Assembly (NCBI GenBank): GCA_036172245.1 | Contig: JAYWIR010000043.1 | Coordinates: 496,001 to 560,000, forward strand | Reading direction: 5' to 3' | DNA length: 64,000 bases | Source of the DNA: Raillietiella orientalis | Lineage: Eukaryota | Shown: positions 63,173-64,000 of the stretch, piece after piece | How positions within the stretch are numbered: the first letter of the stretch is position 1 | Layout of the letters: every line of letters starts with the position of its first letter | Made by a program: the position numbers and the translations under genes | Notes under the pieces: model-generated | Told to the model about the DNA's origin: nothing | What the model saw: only the letters and a program-made list of their open reading frames with translations | Database searches by the model: none

Positions 63173-64000
63173 AATGAGACGTTTTTATGTTTCAGATGCG
63201 ATCTTATCTCGAGAGTCCCCAAAAATTCATGCTGATAGAATATTATCATAACGCTGCAGAAAAAAACTGCTCAACGCGATGATGTGAATTTCTTATTTGC
63301 ATATATCGATCAGTTGCTCTGAAGGAGAGAATGTTCCATGCAAGAAGAGTAAACTCATGTTGATGTCGATGAAGGACCTTTTTCTTCATTTAAAGAGGCT
63401 TCTCTCAAGAAACAAGCAGCAGCTGCCGCATATTTTTGAGAGACGCTCGTATTACCGATAAGTGCATCGCCTTCATGTGGTCACCTGCCAACTGAACATG
63501 ACCACCCATTCCAGGTTCGTTTCGGAAAAAACGAGAAACGCATCGCCCGAATAGTAGAGGCCGTGCTTTTAGCAATGAGAAGGGATGCTGCGAACGTCCG
63601 TGAGAACAAAGCTTGGGAGGTGCTTAGTGCGTTCTCTTCCTAGCGGTTCCCACTGCAGTTCTTCTCCTATCATGGGGACTTGCGCTTTTCCCGAGGCCTT
63701 CGCCTTATTTCCCCTGGTCCCCTGATCAGGAGACACGCATGAGGACTCCAGCTCGTGTGTAATGTCTCATTCACGTATGATATGTATGATATGATATGCT
63801 ATTCTCAGGTTCCAGACACTTTTTTCCCTCTTCCTCTCAGGTTGTTCAGGAGACGTCCCTGTGTATTTTGCTGATAAGTGGGTTTCTCCTGCTCCACAAC
63901 CTGAGACACCGAACGCGTGTATGGCTGAGAGTACGTAACGCTTTTTCCAATTGTACATATCCCGCACGAGGAACCGGAGATACGCTGCACGTATTCAGAC

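Noticed and set aside
1..64000. CRISPR arrays, rRNA, intact tRNA, operons or other prokaryotic systems
   Set aside because: No regularly spaced repeats or dense unspliced coding structure; the gene architecture is spliceosomal.

Overview
Eukaryotic (animal, probably arthropod; inferred from Sema5c-type motifs and short GT-AG introns) genomic DNA, so the unspliced ORF track is mostly uninformative. Two convergent spliced genes were assembled by hand. (1) A complete 11-exon class 5 semaphorin-like gene on + (ATG 15917 to TGA 35890, 2790 nt, 929 aa: signal peptide, Sema, PSI, only about 4 thrombospondin repeats, TM, tail). It has one GC-AG intron whose retention would give a TM-less protein. (2) The last five coding exons (218 aa) of an uncharacterised single-pass membrane protein on - (62119 to 56063); its 5' part was not found. 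Introns and the 20 kb intergenic gap hold decayed mobile DNA: an L1/Tx1-type LINE 3' end in two inverted copies, a cluster of three R2/NeSL-type endonuclease fragments, jockey/CR1- and RTE-like RT relics, gypsy and mariner relics, and an AT-rich foldback element. There is also a 61-nt near-perfect intronic hairpin. No CRISPR array, rRNA, intact tRNA or prokaryote-type system was seen. TE calls rest on by-eye recognition of degenerate motifs, and their boundaries are approximate.
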